Source of the DNA: a virus
Virus record (IMG/VR): IMGVR_UViG_3300037467_001397
Coordinates: 2,549-66,548 of that record
Reading direction: 5' to 3' (one strand)
DNA: 64,000 nucleotides
In this document: one piece after another, positions 35,618 to 43,772 of the stretch
How positions within the stretch are numbered: position 1 is the stretch's first letter
Layout of the letters: every line of letters begins with the position of its first letter
Notes under the pieces: model-generated
What the model was told of the DNA's origin: nothing
Databases searched by the model: none
What the model saw: the letters and a program-made list of their open reading frames with translations, nothing else
Translations under genes and position numbers: made by a program

Positions 35618-35942
35618 CGTTTTCGAACACCCCGACACCGCCAATGCCGAGTACCTGCGCGGTCTCAATCGCGGCCTGAATGGCTTGCTTGATGCGAAGA
35701 TCGATCAGGTTGCCGACCTGACGGCCCAGAACGCCCGGCTGGCCGCCTTCGCCCGCGAGATCATCGAGCCCGCTTTTGACGGGCAAGACGTGGACGGCGG
35801 CACGATCCAGCGCTTGGCGCTCCACTACGGGCTGCTGACCGAGGGCAAGTACGACCCTGAGAAGCACGGGCCGTCATTCGCTGAGCCGGGCGATCAGTGG
35901 TTCACCTACGCGGGACCGCTCGCCCCGCCGAACGCAAGCTAA
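35610..35942 (+). CDS. Hypothetical protein
   Basis: 110 aa, coiled-coil N-terminus. Confidence 0.7.
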   Translation: MSDVFEHPDTANAEYLRGLNRGLNGLLDAKIDQVADLTAQNARLAAFAREIIEPAFDGQDVDGGTIQRLALHYGLLTEGKYDPEKHGPSFAEPGDQWFTYAGPLAPPNAS

Positions 35943-35984
35943 TGCGCCTTAGCTTGCGTCCAGAACGACCCCGAGGAGGATGAG

Positions 35985-36431
35985 ATGGGCGACGATTACG
36001 TGCTGATGAAGCGGGGGCTCTACTACCGCCCGAAGTCACAGGGGTACACTGGCATTCTCGCCGAGGCTGGCCGGTACACCGAGGAGGAGGCGCGGGCGCG
36101 CGTTGAAGGGGCTGGCGGCGATGTCACGATGCTGCCTGCGCACGACGCCTATCCGTTCTCGCCTGCCTGCTGGCCGGAAACGAAGATCGCGGCGCTTGAG
36201 GCCGAGATCGAGCGACTGCGTAAAGGGCGGGAAGGTTGGGCTTGCGTCCCGCTGCCCGGCACTCTGGTCTCGTCCACGCACCCGCAGACGGTCCTAAACC
36301 CCGACAAGGTGTTCGAGGTGCTGGAGGTGAAGTCGGACGGCGACCGCTTCTTTGTCCGGGGCGAGCGAACCTGCTGGTTCGGGCTTGGGATGATCCGCCC
36401 CGCCGCCAGCGCCCATTCCTCCGACGCATAG
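35985..36431 (+). CDS. Hypothetical phage protein (two-module)
   Basis: YVLMKRGLYYRP.SQGYT..AEAGRYT module, EAEIERLR linker, second module. Confidence 0.7.
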   Translation: MGDDYVLMKRGLYYRPKSQGYTGILAEAGRYTEEEARARVEGAGGDVTMLPAHDAYPFSPACWPETKIAALEAEIERLRKGREGWACVPLPGTLVSSTHPQTVLNPDKVFEVLEVKSDGDRFFVRGERTCWFGLGMIRPAASAHSSDA

Positions 36432-36512
36432 GGCCGGATTGTCGGGCAAACGGTCGGATTGCCGACAGCCAGGGCAACCGAAACTTTTTAGGCCCTAATG
36501 GCCTATTCTCGC

Positions 36513-36541
36513 TTGACTGCTAGGAACTGAGGGCCTACAAA
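36513..36541 (+). promoter_or_regulatory. Sigma70-type promoter
   Basis: TTGACT-N17-TACAAA, followed by CATCG..GGAG and the ATG at 36569. Confidence 0.55.
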
Positions 36542-36568
36542 GGGTCATCGAACGACGGAGACGCACCG

Positions 36569-36763
36569 ATGACCGCCCAGGCCGCCCAGCAGAAGATCAA
36601 CGCCCGCGTCGCCAGCCTCTCGGTTGCTACGCTCAAGGACATGGCCGGCAAGCTGATGAACGACCAGCGCGCCGGCACCGAGATCGTGCTCTCGGCGGTG
36701 ATGGACGCGCTGATGGCCCGCATGCCCGAGGCCGAGTTCGTCAGCTTCTGCGAGGTGCTGTGA
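36569..36763 (+). CDS. Hypothetical protein
   Basis: 64 aa; GGAG RBS. Confidence 0.7.
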   Translation: MTAQAAQQKINARVASLSVATLKDMAGKLMNDQRAGTEIVLSAVMDALMARMPEAEFVSFCEVL

Positions 36764-36990
36764 TGGCGCCCCGCGACGAGTGGCGCGGCCACTTCGAGCG
36801 CCTGAAGGCCGAGGCGGATAAGTTCGCCGCCTACGCCAAGGCGCAACGGGAAATCGCCCTCGCGTGCAAGCGGCGCCGGGACCATCTCGGCGCTCTGATC
36901 GCGGGCAGCAAGGCCAGCGAGTTTCGACGCTCACGGGACGAGCGGAAGGCCGAGGCCGCGAAGATCAAACAGCAGTGGGGCTTCCGTTGA
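36760..36990 (+). CDS. Basic hypothetical protein
   Basis: 76 aa; overlaps both neighbours. Confidence 0.6.
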   Translation: MMAPRDEWRGHFERLKAEADKFAAYAKAQREIALACKRRRDHLGALIAGSKASEFRRSRDERKAEAAKIKQQWGFR

Positions 36991-37220
36991 CTGCCGCCGA
37001 ACTCCGCACCCTGCTGAACTCTCTCGGGCTGTCGCAAGTCGGCGCAGCCCGCCTGATCGGCAAGAACCCTCGCACCGTGCGCAAGTGGGTTCTCGATGAG
37101 GCGCCGGTCGATGAGACCGCCGCCCGCTTCCTTCAATACATCTTGGCGAAGGGCGACAGCGCCGAGGAGGCGTTGCGGGTGCTGGAGCCGTTCCTTCGCC
37201 AACCCCGAAGCCCGGAATAA
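36987..37220 (+). CDS. XRE-like HTH protein
   Basis: TTG start overlapping the upstream stop; ELRTLLNSLGLSQVGAARLIGKNPRTVRKW. Confidence 0.75.
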   Translation: MTAAELRTLLNSLGLSQVGAARLIGKNPRTVRKWVLDEAPVDETAARFLQYILAKGDSAEEALRVLEPFLRQPRSPE

Positions 37221-37538
37221 CGGCCGTTTTCCCGTCATCAGAAATGGAGGCCAAGCTATGAGCGCAATGATCGAGCGCGTCGCGAGAGCGGTCGCCGACG
37301 CCTTCATGGAAGATTACGACGAGGCGCCGAACCTCTACGACGCGATGGCCGAGGCCGCCATTGCTGCCATGCGCGAGTTTAAGATGGTCGTTCGCCATGA
37401 CGGCGAAGTCGTGCACGAGTTGCGCGGCGCCCCGGATGACATCTGGAAAGCAATGATCGACGCCGCCCTGGATAAGGCTGCGGCGTAGGGAAAGCGGTCG
37501 TTTTCACGACATTAGAAATGGAGGCCAAGCTATGAGCG
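37221..37538 (+). repeat. About 44-bp imperfect direct repeat of an intergenic/RBS region
   Basis: AGAAATGGAGGCCAAGCTATGAGCG identical at 37240-37264 and 37514-37538, with similar upstream sequence. Confidence 0.85.
37258..37488 (+). CDS. Small phage protein, MSEMVERVA family
   Basis: MSAMIERVARAVA...AIAAMRE...IWKAMIDAAL. Confidence 0.75.
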   Translation: MSAMIERVARAVADAFMEDYDEAPNLYDAMAEAAIAAMREFKMVVRHDGEVVHELRGAPDDIWKAMIDAALDKAAA

Positions 37539-37801
37539 GCGCAAAGATCATTGAAGGCATGCAAGAGGCGGTAGCGTTCGCTCGCGGCGAGGAGACGGGC
37601 GCCGTCTTGCACGACGTTGGCAGCCTGGAATGGTGGCGCAAGCGGGCGCAGTGGCTATCCGAGCGAGTGGATACGCTGAGCGCGGAGAACCGACTGCTGC
37701 ACAAGGCCCTAGCGGCGGCCGAGATCGAGAATACCGCGTTGAAAGCAGAGCGCCAGGGCATGGCCCAGCCGCCCGTTCGTTCTTCCGGTACGTCGGTTTA
37801 G
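37532..37801 (+). CDS. Coiled-coil hypothetical protein
   Basis: MSGAKIIEGMQEAVAFARGE N-terminus. Confidence 0.7.
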   Translation: MSGAKIIEGMQEAVAFARGEETGAVLHDVGSLEWWRKRAQWLSERVDTLSAENRLLHKALAAAEIENTALKAERQGMAQPPVRSSGTSV

Positions 37802-37903
37802 CGGTCGTTTTTCGGACACCCCGCCGGGGCGCCTTCCGAGCCGGTCAAACCAGCCTCGATCCTGTCGGGAAACCGTGTCGGCTATTCAAATGACGGAGAA
37901 ACG

Positions 37904-38161
37904 ATGATGGCGAGTAATCCCGACGCGATGACCGAGGACGAGAGATACCGCAAAGCTGTCGATGCCAAGTCGCGGCGCTTTATCATCGCGAACGCCAGGG
38001 CGATGCAGGCGAGCAAACAGCGCCGCGTGCCGAATTGGAGTTTTGTCGGGCAGCTGTTCGGCCTCGGGAGCGGCTTTTCGTGGCGCCTATGCGTCGAGGA
38101 GGGGATCGACCCGGATGGCTACACCGTCGCGCATTTCGCGCCGCGTGAAGCCGCCGAGTGA
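37904..38161 (+). CDS. Hypothetical phage protein
   Basis: PNWSFVGQLFGLGSG.S..LC.E.GIDPD; GGAG RBS. Confidence 0.7.
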   Translation: MMASNPDAMTEDERYRKAVDAKSRRFIIANARAMQASKQRRVPNWSFVGQLFGLGSGFSWRLCVEEGIDPDGYTVAHFAPREAAE

Positions 38162-38195
38162 GACGGAGACGGTAGGAAACGAACCGAGGGAGCGG

Positions 38196-38357
38196 ATGAT
38201 CAAGCGGTACAAGACGAAGCGCCGAAGCCTGCGCCCCTGGCACTACAGCCTCGCGACGCGGCTGTTGATGCGGGTCAAGCGGCCGACGCGGGACTACGAC
38301 CGCCGATACGAGGCCGCGCAGATGCGGCTCAACTGGCACTACAGCTTCCGCAGCTGA
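38196..38357 (+). CDS. Small basic protein (53 aa)
   Basis: GAGGGAG RBS; repeated WHYS. Confidence 0.5.
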   Translation: MIKRYKTKRRSLRPWHYSLATRLLMRVKRPTRDYDRRYEAAQMRLNWHYSFRS

Positions 38358-38411
38358 GTACGATTTCTGGGATTGCGGACCTTTTGGCAAGTATTCACTA
38401 GGTAGGCGAAG

Positions 38412-38801
38412 ATGACCGATCTTGTTGCCCAAATTCGAGCAAGTCTGCCGATAGGTTGGGAGAAGAATGCGTGGACCGAGCATGAGCTATTGCTTGCAGA
38501 CGCCATCGCCGAAATCGAGCGCCTGCGCGCCGCCGCTGATGGGGCCAGAGTTGGGGCCGGCTGGCAGCCGATTGAGACGGCTCCGAAGGATGGGACGCCG
38601 GTCCTTATTGCGTGGAGCGGCACGCGGTTCGAGGCTGCAAAGGCTCACTACGAGTATGGCAAATGGGGCGGTCTGAGCCCGACATTCGGGTTCGATCCAT
38701 TCGACCGCGCGCCGACCCACTGGATGCCGCTTCCCGATACCTCGTCGCTTGTTGGGGCCCGTGATGGGGCCGGCGAGCGTCAAGCAACGGCGCCGGCCTG
38801 A
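38412..38801 (+). CDS. DUF551-like domain protein (cassette 1, gene A)
   Basis: WQPIETAPKDG...PTHWMPLP. Confidence 0.8.
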   Translation: MTDLVAQIRASLPIGWEKNAWTEHELLLADAIAEIERLRAAADGARVGAGWQPIETAPKDGTPVLIAWSGTRFEAAKAHYEYGKWGGLSPTFGFDPFDRAPTHWMPLPDTSSLVGARDGAGERQATAPA

Positions 38802-38864
38802 TACTTCAAGGGCTTAACAAACATTCCGAAATTCTGGGATTTCCCCCATACCAGGGAGGACAGG

Positions 38865-39056
38865 ATGAGTGCGTCACCACCAAGTCGCGAGGAGATCGCC
38901 CGCATCGCTTACGAGGCGTGGCTGAGCGTCGGAGAGGGCAAGCCTGGATGGGTGAGTTGGGAGGATCTCCCGCTCATCTCGCCCGAAGATTACGCGGCCT
39001 GCCTCGCCATCGCCGACCGCGTTCTTGATCGCTTCAACGATGCTGCGGTCAGTTAG
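38865..39056 (+). CDS. Hypothetical protein (cassette 1, gene B)
   Basis: 63 aa; CAGGGAGGACAGGATG. Confidence 0.7.
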   Translation: MSASPPSREEIARIAYEAWLSVGEGKPGWVSWEDLPLISPEDYAACLAIADRVLDRFNDAAVS

Positions 39057-39107
39057 ACGGAAGCGATCACGGACATTTCGGAAAGTAATTCAGGAGGGCG
39101 GCAAGCA

Positions 39108-39473
39108 ATGGCAGACCTGTTAGAGCACTTGGTCGAGGTCCGGCACGTATTGAAGTCGTCGGGCTTCAGAGCGGCCGGGGATTGCATTACAGACGCCATC
39201 GCCGAAATTGAGCGCCTGCGCAAAGCCGCTGATGGGGTGAATGTTGGGGCGGAAATGGTGCTGGTTCCGCGGGAGCCGACGCCCTGGATGCGGGCTATGG
39301 GCAGCGATGCAAACCTTCAGGCCGATGACGAAGGGCGCATGGCCGCGATCTACCGAGCCATGATAGCCGCAGCACCTCAACCCGCGTCAGAAGTTGGGGT
39401 GAAAGTTGGGGTAAGCGCCTCAACCGAAACCGAAAAGCCCAAGACTTCAGACGCTTTGTGGCTACTTGGGTAA
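39108..39473 (+). CDS. Modular phage protein (cassette 2, gene A)
   Basis: DAIAEIERLR head, VLVPREPT..IYRAMIAAAP core. Confidence 0.75.
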   Translation: MADLLEHLVEVRHVLKSSGFRAAGDCITDAIAEIERLRKAADGVNVGAEMVLVPREPTPWMRAMGSDANLQADDEGRMAAIYRAMIAAAPQPASEVGVKVGVSASTETEKPKTSDALWLLG

Positions 39474-39503
39474 GAAGCGATCTCCGTCAACAGGGAGGAC
39501 AGC

Positions 39504-39710
39504 ATGAAGAAGCGTTTTAGGATCACCTACACCGACCCGGAGACAGGCGAGAGCAAGGTACACGTCGGCGATTATGAGGACACGCCAGGGCACGGGGTTA
39601 TGGCTGACGGGACAACATTCAATGCCGGCACCATCACAGCCCGCCAGTGGGCCGAGGATCACGCCTACGCCTTAGCCGATCAGGGGCCATACCGGGTCGA
39701 GGTCGCATAG
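39504..39710 (+). CDS. Hypothetical protein (cassette 2, gene B)
   Basis: 68 aa; CAGGGAGGACAGCATG. Confidence 0.7.
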   Translation: MKKRFRITYTDPETGESKVHVGDYEDTPGHGVMADGTTFNAGTITARQWAEDHAYALADQGPYRVEVA

Positions 39711-39765
39711 TTCGACGGACGGTACCACGGAAATTTCGGCAAGTAATTCGATGGAGTGCAAAGCA

Positions 39766-40128
39766 ATGGCCGCCGACATCAACGCGCTTGAGAGGTTGTT
39801 CGACAGACACGTTCGGCAAGATATGATGTCCGACGCCATGCATATCCGCCGGGCTATTGCCGAACTGTCCGCCAATCGCGAGGCAGGGGCTGGGGTAAAT
39901 GTTGGGGCGGGATGGCAGCCGATTGAGACGGCGCCGAAGGCCGGGGTGCGTATCCTTGCTTGGAGTTACAACGACGGCGATTTCATAGGCGCCTGCATCG
40001 ACGGCACTTGGCTTGATGACCACGACGCCCCCTGCGCGCCGACCCATTGGCAGCCGCTGCCCGATCTGCCGTCGAGTGTTGGGGTAAAAGTTGGGGTAAG
40101 CGCCCCGTCAGTAGAGCCCGCCGCCTGA
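39766..40128 (+). CDS. DUF551-like domain protein (cassette 3, gene A)
   Basis: WQPIETAPKAG...PTHWQPLP; GCAATGGC start context as in cassette 2. Confidence 0.8.
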   Translation: MAADINALERLFDRHVRQDMMSDAMHIRRAIAELSANREAGAGVNVGAGWQPIETAPKAGVRILAWSYNDGDFIGACIDGTWLDDHDAPCAPTHWQPLPDLPSSVGVKVGVSAPSVEPAA

Positions 40129-40189
40129 TACTTCAGGCACTTAACGAGCACTTTGAGACGGACGGGGCCTCCGAAATACCAGGGAAAGG

Positions 40190-40384
40190 GTGATGGAAAA
40201 CATGCCAGAACAAGCCACGGGCGAGCCTTCAACCGTGGATGAGCGGGAGGCGCTACGTCATCGCAGGCGCACAGAATTTCGGCCGCTCGCGCTATCGCCA
40301 CGCGAGGTCGAAGTGCTGGACGAGATGCTGAGCATGGCCGAGGCGGCGATTGCCGGCGCCGGGCTCAAGGATCTGCCGAAGTAG
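40190..40384 (+). CDS. Hypothetical protein (cassette 3, gene B)
   Basis: 64 aa after ATACCAGGGA. Confidence 0.55.
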   Translation: MMENMPEQATGEPSTVDEREALRHRRRTEFRPLALSPREVEVLDEMLSMAEAAIAGAGLKDLPK

Positions 40385-40440
40385 GGAAGCGGGGCCGCCA
40401 GTATGGCGGACAGGGGAGAACCCATCCCAGGGAGGGAACG

Positions 40441-40614
40441 ATGCAAACGGTTTGTGTGAACTGCAAACGCCCGATCCACGGGCGCCCATACAACAGCGAG
40501 AGCTTTGTCGGAGCTTGGTGCTCGGCTGAGTGCCAGGAGGCATTCGACGACATGCGGGAGGAGGCTTACGCCCTCAAGAAAGGCGACCTGCCGGCCGAGG
40601 ATGAGGCAGACTGA
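40441..40614 (+). CDS. Small zinc-finger-like protein
   Basis: Manual translation MQTVCVNC...WCSAEC; GGGAGG RBS. Confidence 0.6.
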   Translation: MQTVCVNCKRPIHGRPYNSESFVGAWCSAECQEAFDDMREEAYALKKGDLPAEDEAD

Positions 40615-40750
40615 AAATGGCGGACAGGGGTACCGCCATTGCCGATAACCAGGCCCCAAATCCGGAGCGGCATCCGTGCTGAGCCCGAACTGAAGTCAAA
40701 AAAAATCCCGCTGGCGATTAGGCCATGCGGGATTGGTGATGGAGAGATGG

Positions 40751-40912
40751 ATGAAGATAAGGCTCAAGACACAGCAGGGGCACTTCCCCGCCGGCAGCAT
40801 TCACGAGGTGATCGAGGTTATCCCGCATGGCGGGAACTACGACGATGCCTGCCAGTACCTCATCGCGGACGACATCTACGTGCGCGAGATTGCGGCCGAA
40901 ATCGTCGACTAA
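40751..40912 (+). CDS. Small hypothetical protein (53 aa)
   Basis: Manual translation MKIRLKTQQGHF...; GGAG upstream. Confidence 0.45.
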   Translation: MKIRLKTQQGHFPAGSIHEVIEVIPHGGNYDDACQYLIADDIYVREIAAEIVD

Positions 40913-41286
40913 CCGGACGTCTCGGCCTTCACAGCTTCGGCGAAGCCACCGGCGCGCGGCCGGTTGTCGTTGATCGTGGCGCTGGCTTGCGCGTCCAAGA
41001 TGATCGCGCAGCACGCCATGACGTGTCCGAGGTGGTGGACGCCGCTGTCTGCTGCGGATTCCTCTCCGTCGAACCAAGCCATCAGGTGTCGCATGGCGGC
41101 GTCGTAATAGACCGTCGAGGAGACGGTCTTGTCGCGCCAGTTGAAGGCCCCGTATTTCTGCGCGCCGTCCGCCATTGCCTTCATCAGGGGCACCAGCGCG
41201 GCCGGCGGCACGACGCTCATCGAAGGCTTCTGGACCCCGAATTTGGTCTTCGGGTTGTCGTCTGGGAGCGGGATCACGTCAGCCAT
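40909..41286 (-). CDS. dATP/dGTP diphosphohydrolase (DUF5664-like)
   Basis: NPK..FG..KP..VP, GAQKYGAFNWR, YYDAAMRHL.AW, DSGVHHLGHVMACCAIILDA. Confidence 0.85.
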   Translation of the reverse strand: MADVIPLPDDNPKTKFGVQKPSMSVVPPAALVPLMKAMADGAQKYGAFNWRDKTVSSTVYYDAAMRHLMAWFDGEESAADSGVHHLGHVMACCAIILDAQASATINDNRPRAGGFAEAVKAETSG

Positions 41287-42388
41287 ACGTCTCTTCAAGC
41301 TCCGACATATCCCAGAATTTCTCAGACAGTATCACACCTTTCGCAATACGCAAGATGTAGACACCGTAGCTCCAGCCCGTGACCGACAGTCTTGCGTAGT
41401 TGGCGATGTGCCCCATCGGCATGGCTGTGCCGAGATTTAAGCATGTGATCTGCTTATTTTCGCCGACCTTGCTTGCCGAGAACATGCCGCGGCGATGAGT
41501 GTGGCCCATCACGACGCTGCCAGTCGCGTGATTGGCGACGGAGCGCTCCAAGTGCATTCCGCCCATCTCCCGACCCATGATGTTCAAGGGGACATGGACG
41601 AACGAGCAGCCGCTGAGGGTCAGGAACTTCCCGAACTCGACGCTCTGCCACCGGTGGCGGGCGTAAGCCTGCTCGACGCGATCCGGGATGTCCGAGCAGC
41701 GCCGGGGGTCGAGATTGGCGGCGCGATGCGCCCTGTTCTCGTGGTTGCCCAGCGTGATCCACGTCGGGATCGAGCCGATGCCGAGATCCTTGTGGAATGC
41801 CTCAAGGCTCTCGTACAGGCTCTCCTCGTCCTGCGCGAAGGTCGTCATCGCGGCCTGACGCGCGGATCCGGGTGGCTCGTGCATCGACAAGCTACCGAGA
41901 TCCGCCCAGTCGCCGATGGAGACGATGGCGTCGGGGCGCCTGTCGGCGGCCAGACGACCCATCCAGGTGAAGCGATCTTTCGACAGGCCGGGCTTGTCGT
42001 GCGCGTCGCCGATCGCCAGCACGGTGAGCACGTCATCGGTGTTGGCGCGCGCCTTCAACGCCTCGCCGGGCTTGCGCCACTCCGACATCTTCGGCGCGGT
42101 CCAGCGCGGCGCCTCCGGGACGATGATCGGCTCGGGGGTGACGACCGTCCCCGCCTTGGCCGCCAGCGACCAGTCCGGCATGAGGCCGAAGCGCTGGAAG
42201 TGCCGCCCCGGAATATCCGGCGTGCCGACACGCTCGCGGAAGCCGTTGCGGTCAACGCCGAGCTGGCGCGCCGCGACACGGATGGCGGACGGCTTGGTCG
42301 AGCAGAACCCGAGCCCGCAGCCCTCCATCATGGCGGCATTGACCGCTGCGATCTCGCGCTCAGCCTGCGCGCGCGCCCCGTCCGTCAT
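41279..42388 (-). CDS. Calcineurin-like metallophosphoesterase with N-terminal HTH
   Basis: IGDAH, SIGDWAD, LGNHE, FVH and MGHTH motifs. Confidence 0.9.
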   Translation of the reverse strand: MTDGARAQAEREIAAVNAAMMEGCGLGFCSTKPSAIRVAARQLGVDRNGFRERVGTPDIPGRHFQRFGLMPDWSLAAKAGTVVTPEPIIVPEAPRWTAPKMSEWRKPGEALKARANTDDVLTVLAIGDAHDKPGLSKDRFTWMGRLAADRRPDAIVSIGDWADLGSLSMHEPPGSARQAAMTTFAQDEESLYESLEAFHKDLGIGSIPTWITLGNHENRAHRAANLDPRRCSDIPDRVEQAYARHRWQSVEFGKFLTLSGCSFVHVPLNIMGREMGGMHLERSVANHATGSVVMGHTHRRGMFSASKVGENKQITCLNLGTAMPMGHIANYARLSVTGWSYGVYILRIAKGVILSEKFWDMSELEETYG

Positions 42389-42804
42389 TACTCAGCCCAC
42401 CCCTTCAGGTGCAGGAAGTGCGTGGCGAGGAGCCCGAGGCCGCCGAGGAAGCCGCTGCCGAGTGCGCTCAGCACCCAGTTCCGCAGGCTCTTGGCGGTCT
42501 TGTGGATGTCGCCGAGCGAGTCCTCGACCACGGTCACGCGCGTCAGCACGGTCTCGCGGTTGGTGTCGCAGTGCTCCTTGGTGTCCTGCGCGAGTTCCTC
42601 GGCGTAGGCCCGGATCGCCTTGTGCTCGGCCTCGATCTCGCGTCGCGGCACGAAGGTCTCGATCGCCGCCATGACGTTGCGGTGGCGGTGATCCGCATTG
42701 ACCTGCGCCTGCGCGTCGGCCTGCTGTAGCGCCCGTGTCCGCTCGTCGATCGCAGAGATCTTCGAACTGATTTCGATGATGACGTTGGGATCGAGGTTGT
42801 TCAC
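42388..42804 (-). CDS. Coiled-coil protein with C-terminal transmembrane anchor
   Basis: Heptad-like body; C-terminal VLSALGSGFLGGLGLLATHFL. Confidence 0.7.
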   Translation of the reverse strand: MNNLDPNVIIEISSKISAIDERTRALQQADAQAQVNADHRHRNVMAAIETFVPRREIEAEHKAIRAYAEELAQDTKEHCDTNRETVLTRVTVVEDSLGDIHKTAKSLRNWVLSALGSGFLGGLGLLATHFLHLKGWAE

Positions 42805-42838
42805 GGGCGCGGTCCTTCGCCGGTTGAGGAGGTCGGCG

Positions 42839-43297
42839 TCAGCGTCCGGCGGGCTTGGTCGCGACGATCTTCTGGAGTGCGGGGGCGAGGCTGTTCTCCG
42901 CCGTCGCGTCAGCCGGGAGGTGCAGACCGGCCCAGATCTTCTTCGCCGCGCCCTCGGGGCCGCCGGCCGCTCTCAAGGCGTAGGCGGCGACCTTGTTGAC
43001 GTCGGCTCGGGCGATCATGTGGTTGACGCCCGTGGCGACGACCTCGGGGACGCCCTTGATCTGGATCGTCTGATGCTTGGCCGCGCCGGCGACCGCGTTG
43101 ATGCCGACGTTGCGCGCCTCGTCGAGCTGGGCCCGGACCATGGGCTCGGTGACGATCATGCCGGCGATCGGGCCGAAGCGCTTCGCGACGTAGGCCGGGA
43201 TCGCCACGACCGCGATGGTCTCGACGATCTTGAACAGCAGGTCGCAGGCTTGGACGATGATGTCCCCGTAGGGGATGACGATTTCAGCGGCCATCAT
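42839..43297 (-). CDS. Holin-like membrane protein (tentative)
   Basis: N-terminal hydrophobic segments; lies in the lysis cluster. Confidence 0.5.
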   Translation of the reverse strand: MMAAEIVIPYGDIIVQACDLLFKIVETIAVVAIPAYVAKRFGPIAGMIVTEPMVRAQLDEARNVGINAVAGAAKHQTIQIKGVPEVVATGVNHMIARADVNKVAAYALRAAGGPEGAAKKIWAGLHLPADATAENSLAPALQKIVATKPAGR

Positions 43298-43749
43298 TTC
43301 ACCTTCGTGCCGTCGACCTGGATCAGCTTGCCGTTGACCTCGATCAGCTTCTTCACGGGGTCGCCCGGCTTCGGCTCAGCGGCTTTGGGCTCGGATTTCT
43401 TGAGGGTCAGCGCGGCCGCGGTGACCTTCACGCCCGGCTGGCAGAAGGCGTCGGCGACAGCGGTCGCGGTCACGATCGCGGCCTCGGACGACGGCGCCAG
43501 GGCCGCGGCGATCTTGGCGACGGCCGACATCGACGGCTCGACCTTGCAGGCGGCGGCCGCATAGGCGCGGACCTTGGCGAGGAAGGCGGCCGAACCGGTC
43601 GCGGTCGCCACCGTGGTCGCCTCTGCGCCGGTCGCGGTCGACGGGTTGAGCGCGGCCGAGATCTGCGCGGAGGTCGCGGTCAGGTTGCAGGCAGCGATGA
43701 GCGGGGCGACGCAGGCAAGCGCCAGCGCCGCGCGAATGGCACGGGACAT
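43294..43749 (-). CDS. Lipoprotein in the lysis cassette
   Basis: Signal with lipobox-like LIAAC; directly after the endolysin. Confidence 0.65.
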   Translation of the reverse strand: MSRAIRAALALACVAPLIAACNLTATSAQISAALNPSTATGAEATTVATATGSAAFLAKVRAYAAAACKVEPSMSAVAKIAAALAPSSEAAIVTATAVADAFCQPGVKVTAAALTLKKSEPKAAEPKPGDPVKKLIEVNGKLIQVDGTKVK

Positions 43750-43772
43750 CGTGTTGCTCCGGAATTGAGGGA

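Larger units (their letters stand above)
38538..40096 (+). repeat. Six copies of the 19-bp motif G(A/T/C)TGGGG-N5-G(T/A)TGGGG
   Basis: 38538-38556, 38751-38769, 39231-39249, 39393-39411, 39889-39907, 40078-40096; two per gene. Confidence 0.9.

Noticed and set aside
40909-41286. 2-aminoadenine (Z-base) pathway
   Set aside because: No PurZ-like synthetase or dedicated DNA polymerase in the window; this hydrolase family also occurs in phages without that pathway.
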